Origin: Candidatus Eiseniibacteriota bacterium
GTDB lineage: Bacteria; Eisenbacteria; RBG-16-71-46; CAVPCR01
NCBI GenBank assembly: GCA_963823555.1
Contig: CAWGMA010000001.1
Span: 480,001-544,000 of the forward strand
Length of the DNA stretch: 64,000 bases
Reading direction: 5' to 3'
Shown here: in pieces, positions 10,024 to 19,662 of the stretch
Layout: each line of letters opens with the position of its first letter
Position numbering within the stretch: the stretch's first letter is position 1
Program-made: the position numbers and the translations under genes
Notes under the pieces: generated by a model
What the model was told of the DNA's origin: nothing
What the model saw: only the letters and a program-made list of their open reading frames with translations
The model's database searches: none

Positions 10024-13000
10024 ATGCGAGGTCGAATGATCGGAACGATGCGTTCTCCGGGGCCGCGGGGAGCCATGACGATTGCGTTCCTGAGCGCGGC
10101 CCTGAGTTGGATTCTCGTCGGGCAGGCCGGCGCCGCGCCCTTCGCCGCGGTGGCCGAGGGCGACGGCTACATCGTTCGCTTCTCTCCCTCCGATCTCAAG
10201 CTCGAGCCGTCCGCTGACGGCACGCGCGTGAGCTTTGGCGATATCATCGGGACGGCCGATGCGCCCGGTGGACCGGGACTCCCCATCGTTCCTGTCGTGC
10301 TCGAGATCCCGGTCACGGAGACCGCCACCGGCGTCGAGGTGATCGCCGTCGAGGAGCAGGTCGTGGCCACTCATCTCGACGTGGCTGCCGCCGAGAAGCC
10401 CGCCTGGGGCGAGACGGTCTATCCATCGCCGGCCCGCAACGCGGAGCTCTACGCCGCGGAGCCGCTGCCGGCGTCGTGGGTCCGCGTCGCCGGGGAAGGC
10501 TTCGCCCGCGGCCACCGCCTGGTCACGGTCCACATCGCCCCGGCCCGCTACGCGCCGAAGACCGGCGAACTCCGGTTCGCGGAGGTCGTTCGCTTCCGTC
10601 TCCAGACCGCCCCGGCCACGGATCGCCCGCGGGAGCAGCGGCGGACCGCTTCCGAGATCGAGGATCGCTTCACCGCGACGCTCGATCGCGCCCTCGGCCG
10701 CACTCCCGCTCCGGTGCTGGCGCGCGCTCTGCCCGCGGCGCCGACTCCGCTCCGGATCACCTTCCCGCCGTCGGTCGATGGCTCCCCGGTGCCCTACGTC
10801 ATCATCACCAGCGAGGCGATGGCTCCCGCCTTCCAGACGCTCGCCGACTGGAAGATGAGGAAGGGACTTCCCGGCAGCGACAATGTGGGGCCCGGCGGCG
10901 CGGCGGTGGTGACGACGGAGTGGATCGACGCCAACTATCCGAACGGCGCCGATCGCGCCGAGCAGGTTCGTTTCTTCCTCGAGGATGCCTATTCGGTGTG
11001 GGGAACGCTCTGGGTCCTGATCGGGGCTGACACCGAGATCGTTCCCACACGCTATGTCTACTCCGACCTCTTCGTCTTGCCCGATGAACCGTCCAAGGTT
11101 CTCCCGACCGATCTCTACTATGCCTGTCTCGACGGCAACTGGAACGCGGACAAGGACGACCGCGTGGGCGAGGCCCTGGTCGATGGGGTGGACCTGATGC
11201 CCGAGCTCTTCGTCGGGCGGGCGCCGGTGACGAACCTCGCCGAGGCTCAGGCCTACGTGCAGAAGACGCTCGACTACGAGCGCACGCCCCCGGTGAGCGC
11301 GCGCTATCCGGCCTCCGTTGTGTTCCTGGCCGAGGATCTCGGCGCCACCGACGGCGCCGCGATCGCCGAGGAGGCCTACGCCCAGGTCCATTCCTGGATG
11401 GGGCGCGTGCGCATGTACGAGAACCATGCGAGCTACCCGGGTGCGATCCCGCTCACCAAGGCCGCTGCTCTCGACTCGATCAATGCCGGCTTCGGCTGGG
11501 TGCATCATGTGGGACACGGCTTCCGCAACACGATGTCGGTGGGACCGACCGGGCAGATCAGCAACCAGGATGTCGACGGACTCACGAACGGCGGCCGGCA
11601 GTCGTTCATCTTCGCCATCAACTGCAGCTCGGCCTCGATCGACTTCAATTCGATCGGGGAGCGCTGGCTCAAGAACGCGCTCGGGGGTGGGGCCGGCTAC
11701 GTGGGGACCACCCGGATCGCCTATCCTCAGGTGTCGCGGCGCTACCAGAACGAGTTCTACCGCCTGGCGTTCGCGGATTCGGTCGACACCGCGGGCGAGT
11801 GCCTGTTCATGTCCCGCCTGCCGTGGGTCGCCGGCTCCGAGTCGGACAACCCGGATCGCTGGACCCAGTTCGCCCTCATTCTCCTCGGGGATCCCGATCT
11901 GCCCCTGTGGACGAACCGGCCCCAGCAGCTCGCCGGCCAGCATCTGGCGGCCATGACCCTCGGCACCGGTAGCTTCACGACGACCGTGAACGCGGGCGGG
12001 GCCCCGGTCAACGCAGCCCGGGTCACGTTGTGGGCGGAGGGCGAGGACTACAAGAGCGGGCTCACGGGGACCGGCGGTGATGTCACCTTGCCCTTCGACC
12101 CGGAGACGACGGGCCAGTTCCTGATCACGGCCACCCGCCGCAACTATCTACCCTATCAGGGGACGGCGACCGTGAACGCCTCGGCAACGCCATTCCTCTT
12201 CGTCGACGGCGTCGAGGTCGATGACGACAACGCGGGGGGATCGGTCGGGAACGGGGATGGGCTCACCAATCCCGGGGAGACTGTCTGGCTCCGTGCGGCG
12301 CTTCGCAACACCGGACTCTCGCCGGCCACGGGGATCACCGCCACGCTGGTCTGCGAGAACGGCGCCGAGTACGTTGATATCTTCACCATCACGGTCACCT
12401 ACGCCAACATTCCGGCGGGTGGCGTGGCGAGCGGTCAGGCGCATGTGGTTCGCATCAAGACGTCGGCCCCGATCGGATTCCTGCCGCGCTTCCGCATCGA
12501 CATCGTCGCCAACGAGGGCACGTGGTCGGACGTCTTCGTGCTCCCGGTCTACGCCGTGGCCATGGACCAGTACGCACATCTGTGGACGGACCCGGCGCCG
12601 GGCGGCAATGGGAACGGGGTCGTCGAGCCCGGGGAGAGCGTGAGCTATGCGGTCGAGCTCCGGAACTCGGGTATCGGGCAGGGGGTCGGGGTCGAGGGAT
12701 GGCTGCGTGTCCTGAACAAGCTCACGGGTCTGCCCGACCCGCAGGTCACGGTGAGCGACAACTTCCATGCCTACGGCACCATGAACCCCGGCGAGCGCCG
12801 GAGCGGCGGCTTCGCGTTCAGCCTGAGTCCGACGGCCGTCCCGGCGAACCTGCGCCTCGAGCTCACGGTGGAGGACAACTACGACACGCTCACCGTCGAG
12901 CGCAGCGATCTCCAGATTCCTGGCGCCGTGGATAGCCTGCGTGCAATCGGATCCACGAGCACGATTCGCATCCTGTGGGAGCGGCCGAGCGACCCTGATC

Positions 13001-14856
13001 TCTATGGCTTCGACGTCTACCGGTCGATCGCCCCTGGTGGGCCGTTCGTGCGCATCAACTCGACGACGGTGGTCGGCATGTCCTTCTATGAGGACTTCCC
13101 CCTGTCGCCGCTCTCGCGCTACTACTATCGAGTGGCCGCGCGCGACTCCTCCTTCAACACCGGGGTGCAGTCGGAGGTGGTGTCGGTATCGACGAACCCG
13201 CCGCTCACCGTGGGCTGGCCGATCGAGATGAGTCAGGTCACGACCGCGGGCGCGCAGGTGTACGACTTCGACCGCGATGGCCGGGCCGAACTGGTGACCG
13301 GGTCGGACTACATCTACGCCTGGCGTGTGGACGGCCTCGAGGTGCGGGACGGCGATAACGACCCGCGCACATCGGGACCCTTCACCACCTGGGGCTACGA
13401 TCGGATCGCCGGCTTCCGCGGCGATCCGGCGATCGCCGATCTCAACCGCGATGGCTCCTTCGAGATCATCTTCGCCGGCTGGGGAGCCGATGCCGGTGAA
13501 GGCAAGCTCCACGTGCTCGCACCCGACGGCAGCCAGCGACCGGGCTGGCCGCGCACCTTCGGCTTTCCCTTCAACTGGGGCTCGGCGGTCGTCGGCCAGA
13601 TCGATGCCGACAATTCGCTCGAGGTCGTCACCATGCAGGGCCAGAACGGTGTCCTCTATGCGTTCAACCATGACGGGACCGAGCTCCTGAACGGAGACAA
13701 CAACCCATCGACGATCGGGCCCTTCTTTCTGACTGGCACCACTTTCGCCTACGGCGGGCCGGCGCTCGGCAACTTCGACGCGGATGCCCTCGACGAGATC
13801 GTGTTCGGGGTCAACTCGGCGAACGGCCGAGTCTATGTGCTCGACGGCAACGGGACGCTCCTCCCGGGCTGGCCCCGGGACACCGGCGGCCAGATCACGT
13901 CGACGCCCGCGGTGGCCGACCTCGACGGGGACGGCCGGGACGAGATCGTGATCGCCGCCGAGGACGATTCGGTCTATGTCTACCGTCATGACGGCAGCCG
14001 CTACACGGGATGGCCGCGGTGGGCGAAGGTCTTCACACCGACTTCGCGCACCTCATCACCGATCGTCGTCGACCTCGACCGCAACGGCCAGCTCGACATC
14101 CTCTTCGCGGCCAACGACGGTCGCCTCCACGCCTGGCGGCGAGACGGCACGGTTCTCCCCGGGTGGTCGAACGTCCTCTTCGCCCAGGATGCGCTCGACG
14201 CGGACGCGACCCAGTCGACGCCTACCGTGGGTGATGTCGACGGCGACAGTCAGTTCGAGGTGCTCCTCGGCGGCGAGGACGGCCGGCTCTACGGGTGGAA
14301 CCACGACGGCACCGAGCTCGCCGGGTTCCCCATCCTCCTCGAGGGCGAGGTGCGGTCGAGTGCCACGATCACCGACTTCGATGGCGACGGGCTCGTCGAG
14401 ATCGTGGTCCCGGGATACGACCAGAAGGTCTATGTGTGGGACATGGCGGGGACCTACGATCCCGCGCTCGTGCCCTGGGGAACCTTCCGCCACGACCTTC
14501 GCAACACGGGCAACGCCGGGACCTCGACCCAGATCGGCATCGACGATCCGGCGGCGGCGGCCGAGTTCGTGAGCTTCAAGCTGTGGCCCGCGCGCCCGAA
14601 CCCGTTCAATCCCTCGACCGAGATCACGCTCGACGTGCCGGCGTTGCCGGCGGATTCGCGAGTGGCGATCCGCATCTACGATGTGAGCGGGCGGCTCGCG
14701 CGCTCCCTTCTCGAAGCGCCCCTCGCGGCCGGACGCCATCGGTTCGTGTGGGATGGACGGGATGGTGAGGGTCAGGCGCTGCCCTCGGGGGTCTACTTCC
14801 TCCGCGCGGATGGTCCCGGTTTCGACGCCGTGCGCAAGCTCGTACTCATGAAGTGA
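10024..14856 (+). CDS. C25 (gingipain-like) cysteine peptidase with Ig/FN3 stalk, FG-GAP repeats and C-terminal sorting domain, copy 1
   Basis: PG.PGLP propeptide, YVIIT, DLYYACLDGNWN, VGRAPV, catalytic HHVGHG and AINCSS, LLGDP, DLDGDG repeats, PNPFNP...SGVYF. GAGGAGG RBS. Confidence 0.9.
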   Translation: MRGRMIGTMRSPGPRGAMTIAFLSAALSWILVGQAGAAPFAAVAEGDGYIVRFSPSDLKLEPSADGTRVSFGDIIGTADAPGGPGLPIVPVVLEIPVTETATGVEVIAVEEQVVATHLDVAAAEKPAWGETVYPSPARNAELYAAEPLPASWVRVAGEGFARGHRLVTVHIAPARYAPKTGELRFAEVVRFRLQTAPATDRPREQRRTASEIEDRFTATLDRALGRTPAPVLARALPAAPTPLRITFPPSVDGSPVPYVIITSEAMAPAFQTLADWKMRKGLPGSDNVGPGGAAVVTTEWIDANYPNGADRAEQVRFFLEDAYSVWGTLWVLIGADTEIVPTRYVYSDLFVLPDEPSKVLPTDLYYACLDGNWNADKDDRVGEALVDGVDLMPELFVGRAPVTNLAEAQAYVQKTLDYERTPPVSARYPASVVFLAEDLGATDGAAIAEEAYAQVHSWMGRVRMYENHASYPGAIPLTKAAALDSINAGFGWVHHVGHGFRNTMSVGPTGQISNQDVDGLTNGGRQSFIFAINCSSASIDFNSIGERWLKNALGGGAGYVGTTRIAYPQVSRRYQNEFYRLAFADSVDTAGECLFMSRLPWVAGSESDNPDRWTQFALILLGDPDLPLWTNRPQQLAGQHLAAMTLGTGSFTTTVNAGGAPVNAARVTLWAEGEDYKSGLTGTGGDVTLPFDPETTGQFLITATRRNYLPYQGTATVNASATPFLFVDGVEVDDDNAGGSVGNGDGLTNPGETVWLRAALRNTGLSPATGITATLVCENGAEYVDIFTITVTYANIPAGGVASGQAHVVRIKTSAPIGFLPRFRIDIVANEGTWSDVFVLPVYAVAMDQYAHLWTDPAPGGNGNGVVEPGESVSYAVELRNSGIGQGVGVEGWLRVLNKLTGLPDPQVTVSDNFHAYGTMNPGERRSGGFAFSLSPTAVPANLRLELTVEDNYDTLTVERSDLQIPGAVDSLRAIGSTSTIRILWERPSDPDLYGFDVYRSIAPGGPFVRINSTTVVGMSFYEDFPLSPLSRYYYRVAARDSSFNTGVQSEVVSVSTNPPLTVGWPIEMSQVTTAGAQVYDFDRDGRAELVTGSDYIYAWRVDGLEVRDGDNDPRTSGPFTTWGYDRIAGFRGDPAIADLNRDGSFEIIFAGWGADAGEGKLHVLAPDGSQRPGWPRTFGFPFNWGSAVVGQIDADNSLEVVTMQGQNGVLYAFNHDGTELLNGDNNPSTIGPFFLTGTTFAYGGPALGNFDADALDEIVFGVNSANGRVYVLDGNGTLLPGWPRDTGGQITSTPAVADLDGDGRDEIVIAAEDDSVYVYRHDGSRYTGWPRWAKVFTPTSRTSSPIVVDLDRNGQLDILFAANDGRLHAWRRDGTVLPGWSNVLFAQDALDADATQSTPTVGDVDGDSQFEVLLGGEDGRLYGWNHDGTELAGFPILLEGEVRSSATITDFDGDGLVEIVVPGYDQKVYVWDMAGTYDPALVPWGTFRHDLRNTGNAGTSTQIGIDDPAAAAEFVSFKLWPARPNPFNPSTEITLDVPALPADSRVAIRIYDVSGRLARSLLEAPLAAGRHRFVWDGRDGEGQALPSGVYFLRADGPGFDAVRKLVLMK

Positions 14857-14863
14857 TGCGGCA

Positions 14864-17800
14864 ATGATGCAATCACCAGGCAAGCTAGCGTTCGCGATCC
14901 TCCTGTTCGCGCTGTCTGCGGCACCCGTGCGCGGCCAGACCCTGCAGGTTGGCGTTGATCTGGGTGCCGGGCCGTGGGAGCTTGCCGGTGACGCGGCCGG
15001 GGTGACCCTGACCCCGCATCCGGCCTCCTGGCCCACCGAAAACGGCGGCATAGCGCAGATCATGATTGGAGAAGACGGACTGCCGCTCCTGGTCCTCGAG
15101 GTTCCGGTGAGCCCGGCGGCGCAATCGATCGCGGCGCAGGTGGCGGCATCGACCGCTGCGCCGCCGATCCCGCTCGCCGGCCCGCTCCTGATACCCGCGA
15201 TGGAGGCCTCGGGCGAGGGCTCGCCGCAAGCGCGCCCGGCGCGCCCCGCAGCCCCGGCCCGGGTCCCGGCCGTCCTTGCCGCCAAGCTCTCCCGGGCGCG
15301 GGATCGGGCCACCGCACAGGTCGTGGCGCGGGTCGCCGGGTTCGACGGCACGCATCTGCTTCCGCTGAGCCGGCTCACCATCGAAGTGACCGTCGATCTC
15401 GGTCGCGACCCGCGTGCCGACCATCGCTCCGAGCCGGACCTCGAGGCGCGCTTTGCCCGGGCGCACGGTGACCTTGCCGTGACCAGCGCAGCTCCGCCGC
15501 TGCGTGTGGATCCCGTGTTCGCTCCAGCGCTCGAGCCAACGCTCGATGGCAGCCCGATCGAGGTCGTCATCGTGACCAGCGAAGCGCTGCGCCCGGAGTT
15601 CGAGCGCCTGGCTCACTACCGTACGAGCTTCGGGCACCGGGCCGTGGTGCGCACGGTCGAGTGGATCGAGTCCGAGTACGCCGGGGCGCCGCATTCCGAT
15701 CTGGCAGCGCGGATCCGTGCTTTCATCGCGGATGCCCGTGCTCGCTGGGGCACGATGTGGGTGCTGCTCGGCGGTGATACCGACATCATCCCGGCGCGCT
15801 ACGCCGTGTCGCGCTACTTCGTCAGCGATTACGAGCTGATCCCCGCCGATCTCTACTATGCGGCTCTCGATGGCGACTGGAATGCCGACGGCGATGCCTT
15901 GATCGGTGAGGCTCCGGGAGGCGAGGGCGATCCCGGGGACGATGTCGATCTGGTGCCCGATGTGTTCCTCGGGCGGGCGCCGGTTTCGACGGCGGCGGAA
16001 GCGCGGCAGTTCGTCGAGCGCCAGATCTCCTACGAGGAGGGTGCAGGCGCCGCCGAGGACTACCCGGCCTCCGTGCTCTTCCTGGCGGAGGTCCTGTTCG
16101 AGTCCCTCGATGGGGCGGAGATCGCCGAGGACACTCGGCAGCACCTGCCCCCGGACGTGTCGGCTACTCGCCTCTACGAGAACACCGCGGCCTATCCGGG
16201 ATCCGAGCCGGAGACCCCGGCCTCGGTGCTCGCCGCCCTCGAGCACGGGTACGGGGTTGTCGAGCACGTGGGTCACGGGTTCCGCAACACGCTCTCCGTG
16301 GGCCCCGGTTCCATCAACAACGCCGACATCGATGGCCTGGGCAACCGGCCGCGGCTGCCCGTGTTCGTCGCGCTCAACTGCACATCGGCGGCCATCGATT
16401 TCAACTCGATCGGCGAGCGGTTGGTCAAGAACCCCGCCGGCGGGGCCATCGCCTATGTCGGGTCCTCGCGCTATGCCTTCCCCGGTCATGCTCGTCTCTA
16501 TCAGGAGGCCTTCTTCCGATCTGCCTTCACCGACAGCCTGCGCACGGTCGGTGAGGTGTTGCAGCGCACGCGGAGCTTGCTCGCCCCGCTTGCCGTGATC
16601 GAGGGGGCGCACCGCTGGACCCAGTTCGCGCTCACGGTGGTCGGGGACCCGATGACGCCGCTGTTCACCCGGCGTCCCGAGCCTCTGGTCCTGCATCACG
16701 ATCCATCGATCGCGCCGGGGACCGAGACGATGGCCATCCAGGTCACGGCCGGCGGCGCGCCGATCGCGGATGCCCCGGTCGCCCTCCTGGGGGCCGACGG
16801 CAGCCTGGCCACCGCGGGAACCGACGCGGCAGGTCTCGTCATGCTCCCGGTCCCGGTGGGGGCCCGGGGTCCCTTCATGGTGGCCGCCAGCTTCCCGGAT
16901 CGCTGGCCCTCGCGTTCGGGGCTGGCGGTCGTCGGAAACGGGGGCTCGTACCTCGTGGTGCGCGATCTCACGGTCGATGACCGAGCCGACGGCGACGGCG
17001 ACGGGAGCGCCGAACCGGGCGAGACCGTGGGTCTCGGGATCACGGTCGAGAATGCCGGCGGGGAAGTGTCATCGGCAGGAGAGGCGCGGATCGCGCTCAG
17101 CTCCGGACCCGGCGCCATGATCGATGGGCAGGCGGCGTTGCCATCTCTCGCGCCCGGTGCCTCGGCCGCCATCGGGTCCTTCAGCCTGGCCGTGGATCGT
17201 GGGGCCGCGGACGGGGACATCCTGGCGCTCGAGATCATCATCGAGGCGGGCCCCGAACGGCGATCGGTGCGTCGCGTGCTGGCGGTGGGCGGGCCGCGGC
17301 TCCGCCTGGCCGGGCACGTGATCGATGGCAACGGGGAAGTGGATCCCAACGAGACCGTGCGCTACTCGCTCCTCCTCACCAACGACGGCGGGGGCCCGGC
17401 ACGGGCCGTGACCGCCGCGGCGCGCGTCCTCGATATCGCGACCGGGGAGCCCGCGGCCGGCGTCACGCTTCTCGATGGTCGCTCGCGCTTCGGCGATCTC
17501 CGGCCGGAGGAGACGACCGCCGGAGATCCCTTCGTTTTCGCGCTCGGTTCCGCGGTCGATCCCGATTCCCTTCATCTCGAGGTGCGGGTGACGACGGCGC
17601 TCGGCGCGGAACCAGCTCGTCTCCTCGATTTCGTGCCCCCGGGGCCGCCGACCGCGCTCCGCACCCGTGGCTCGGAGCGCGCCGTGCTCGTGAGCTGGAC
17701 TGCGCCCCCGGACAGCGACCTCGCTGGCTACGAGGTCGAACGGGCGGAGGATGGTGGCGGGCCGTTCGTTCTCGTGACGCCGCGCCCGGTGGCGCAATCC

Positions 17801-19609
17801 TCGTTCACCGATCGCGCGCTCCCCGAACTCGCCACCTTGACCTACCGGGTGGCGGCCGTCGATTCATCCGGCAATCGCAGCGTGGTGTCGGCCACCGTCG
17901 AGGGCACGACCAATCCGGGGCTCCATCCGGGATGGCCGGTGGTCATGGGCAGCGAGACGCCGTCCTCGCCGGTCCTTGCCGATCTCGACGGCGATGGCGC
18001 CGATGAGATCGTGACCGGAGCCGATGCGTTGTATGCCTGGCACGGCGATGCCACGGAGCTCCGCAATGGTGACAATGATGTGCTCACGAGCGGCGTTTTC
18101 ACCACCGACGGCATTGTTGCGGGGTCTCGCGGGTTTCACGCGGTGCCGGCGATCGCCGATCTCGATGGCGATGGCGAGCTCGACCTTATCGGCGTGGCCT
18201 GGGAGGCGGCCCAGGTGTTTGCGTGGAGGACGGACGGCTCGCTGCTTCCGGGTTGGCCGCAGAGTCTGGGCCGGGCGCCCAACTGGGGGTCGGCGGCGGT
18301 CGGTGATCTCGACGGCGACTCGGATCTCGAGGTGACCGTGCTCGGCGGTGGCGATGGTCAGGTCTATGCCTGGCACCACGACGGGAGCGAGGTGGCCGAT
18401 GGTGACGGGAACCCCGAAACGCACGGCGTCTTGCTCTCGACCGGGGACCGGTTCAGCTTCGGCACGCCGGCGCTTGCCGATCTGGACGGCAATCCTGGGC
18501 TCGAGATCGTGATCGGCATCGACATCTACCCGTTCACCGGGGGGGTCGGAGGATTGCATGCCCTGACGGCGACCGGTGCCGAGGTGCCCGGATTCCCGCG
18601 CTTCCTCGGGAGCAAGATCTCCGCTTCGCCCGCCATCGGCGATCTCGACGGCGATGGCACACTCGAGATCGTGATCGCGGTCGAGGATGACTCGCTCCGC
18701 GTGCTGGAAGCCGATGGTTCGCCGAGGCCCGGCTGGCCGCAGTGGGCTTTCATCAGGAACGCCCCGGCGCGCACTTCTTCGCCCGTCTTGGCGGATCTCG
18801 ACGGCGATGGACGACTCGAGATCGTGTTCGCCGAGAACTCGGGAGCAGCCTCCCATGTCGCGCATCTCAGGGTCTTTCGCGACGATGGCTCCGTGTTCCC
18901 GGGATTCGAGAACGTGACTTTTGCCACCGACCCCGAGGCGGTGAATGCGGGCGCCACGCAGTCGACGCCGGTCATCGGGGATGTCGACGGTGATACCCGC
19001 TTCGAGATCCTGCTCGGGGCCGAGGACGGGCGGCTCTATGGCTGGCATGACGACGGCAGTGTGGCCGGGGGGTTCCCGATCCAGACCGAAGGTGAGATCC
19101 GGGGGGCGGCGGCCCTCGGCGATGTCGACGGGGACGGCCTGCTCGAACTGGTGGTCGCCGGCTGGGACAAGAATCTCTATGTCTGGGATCTCGCCGGAGA
19201 GGCGCTCCCGGATCGGGTGCCCTGGCCCTTCTTCCATCGCGATGTGCGAAACAGCGGAAACGTCACGTTACCCATGCCGCGCGCCACGGAAGGAGGGAGT
19301 CGGGATCTGGATCCCGACGCAGCATTCCATCGTGGACCGCAGTTATTCGCTCCAGAGCCGACGCCGGCCAATCCGGCGACCGAGATCCGCTTCTTGCTGC
19401 CGGAAGGCGGTCCGACCCGGGTCGTCCTCTATGGCGTGGACGGCCGCGCCGTCCGCCGCTTGCATGCCGGTCCCCTGGCTCGTGGCGAGCACCGGATGCG
19501 CTGGGACGGCCGTACCGATTCCGGCGCGCCGGCCCCTTCAGGTGTTTACTGGATCCATCTTGCTGCGCCCGGAGGAGAAGCGACGACCCGTATCGTCGTG
19601 ATCCGCTGA
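14864..19609 (+). CDS. C25 cysteine peptidase / FG-GAP / CTD protein, copy 2 (most divergent)
   Basis: EHVGHG, ALNCTS, VVGDP, DLDGDG repeats, PTPANP...WDGR...SGVYW. Confidence 0.9.
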   Translation: MMQSPGKLAFAILLFALSAAPVRGQTLQVGVDLGAGPWELAGDAAGVTLTPHPASWPTENGGIAQIMIGEDGLPLLVLEVPVSPAAQSIAAQVAASTAAPPIPLAGPLLIPAMEASGEGSPQARPARPAAPARVPAVLAAKLSRARDRATAQVVARVAGFDGTHLLPLSRLTIEVTVDLGRDPRADHRSEPDLEARFARAHGDLAVTSAAPPLRVDPVFAPALEPTLDGSPIEVVIVTSEALRPEFERLAHYRTSFGHRAVVRTVEWIESEYAGAPHSDLAARIRAFIADARARWGTMWVLLGGDTDIIPARYAVSRYFVSDYELIPADLYYAALDGDWNADGDALIGEAPGGEGDPGDDVDLVPDVFLGRAPVSTAAEARQFVERQISYEEGAGAAEDYPASVLFLAEVLFESLDGAEIAEDTRQHLPPDVSATRLYENTAAYPGSEPETPASVLAALEHGYGVVEHVGHGFRNTLSVGPGSINNADIDGLGNRPRLPVFVALNCTSAAIDFNSIGERLVKNPAGGAIAYVGSSRYAFPGHARLYQEAFFRSAFTDSLRTVGEVLQRTRSLLAPLAVIEGAHRWTQFALTVVGDPMTPLFTRRPEPLVLHHDPSIAPGTETMAIQVTAGGAPIADAPVALLGADGSLATAGTDAAGLVMLPVPVGARGPFMVAASFPDRWPSRSGLAVVGNGGSYLVVRDLTVDDRADGDGDGSAEPGETVGLGITVENAGGEVSSAGEARIALSSGPGAMIDGQAALPSLAPGASAAIGSFSLAVDRGAADGDILALEIIIEAGPERRSVRRVLAVGGPRLRLAGHVIDGNGEVDPNETVRYSLLLTNDGGGPARAVTAAARVLDIATGEPAAGVTLLDGRSRFGDLRPEETTAGDPFVFALGSAVDPDSLHLEVRVTTALGAEPARLLDFVPPGPPTALRTRGSERAVLVSWTAPPDSDLAGYEVERAEDGGGPFVLVTPRPVAQSSFTDRALPELATLTYRVAAVDSSGNRSVVSATVEGTTNPGLHPGWPVVMGSETPSSPVLADLDGDGADEIVTGADALYAWHGDATELRNGDNDVLTSGVFTTDGIVAGSRGFHAVPAIADLDGDGELDLIGVAWEAAQVFAWRTDGSLLPGWPQSLGRAPNWGSAAVGDLDGDSDLEVTVLGGGDGQVYAWHHDGSEVADGDGNPETHGVLLSTGDRFSFGTPALADLDGNPGLEIVIGIDIYPFTGGVGGLHALTATGAEVPGFPRFLGSKISASPAIGDLDGDGTLEIVIAVEDDSLRVLEADGSPRPGWPQWAFIRNAPARTSSPVLADLDGDGRLEIVFAENSGAASHVAHLRVFRDDGSVFPGFENVTFATDPEAVNAGATQSTPVIGDVDGDTRFEILLGAEDGRLYGWHDDGSVAGGFPIQTEGEIRGAAALGDVDGDGLLELVVAGWDKNLYVWDLAGEALPDRVPWPFFHRDVRNSGNVTLPMPRATEGGSRDLDPDAAFHRGPQLFAPEPTPANPATEIRFLLPEGGPTRVVLYGVDGRAVRRLHAGPLARGEHRMRWDGRTDSGAPAPSGVYWIHLAAPGGEATTRIVVIR

Positions 19610-19662
19610 AGCGGAAGCAAGAGAGCTTGGATGATCGCTACTAGAGAGAGAACACGCGCGAG

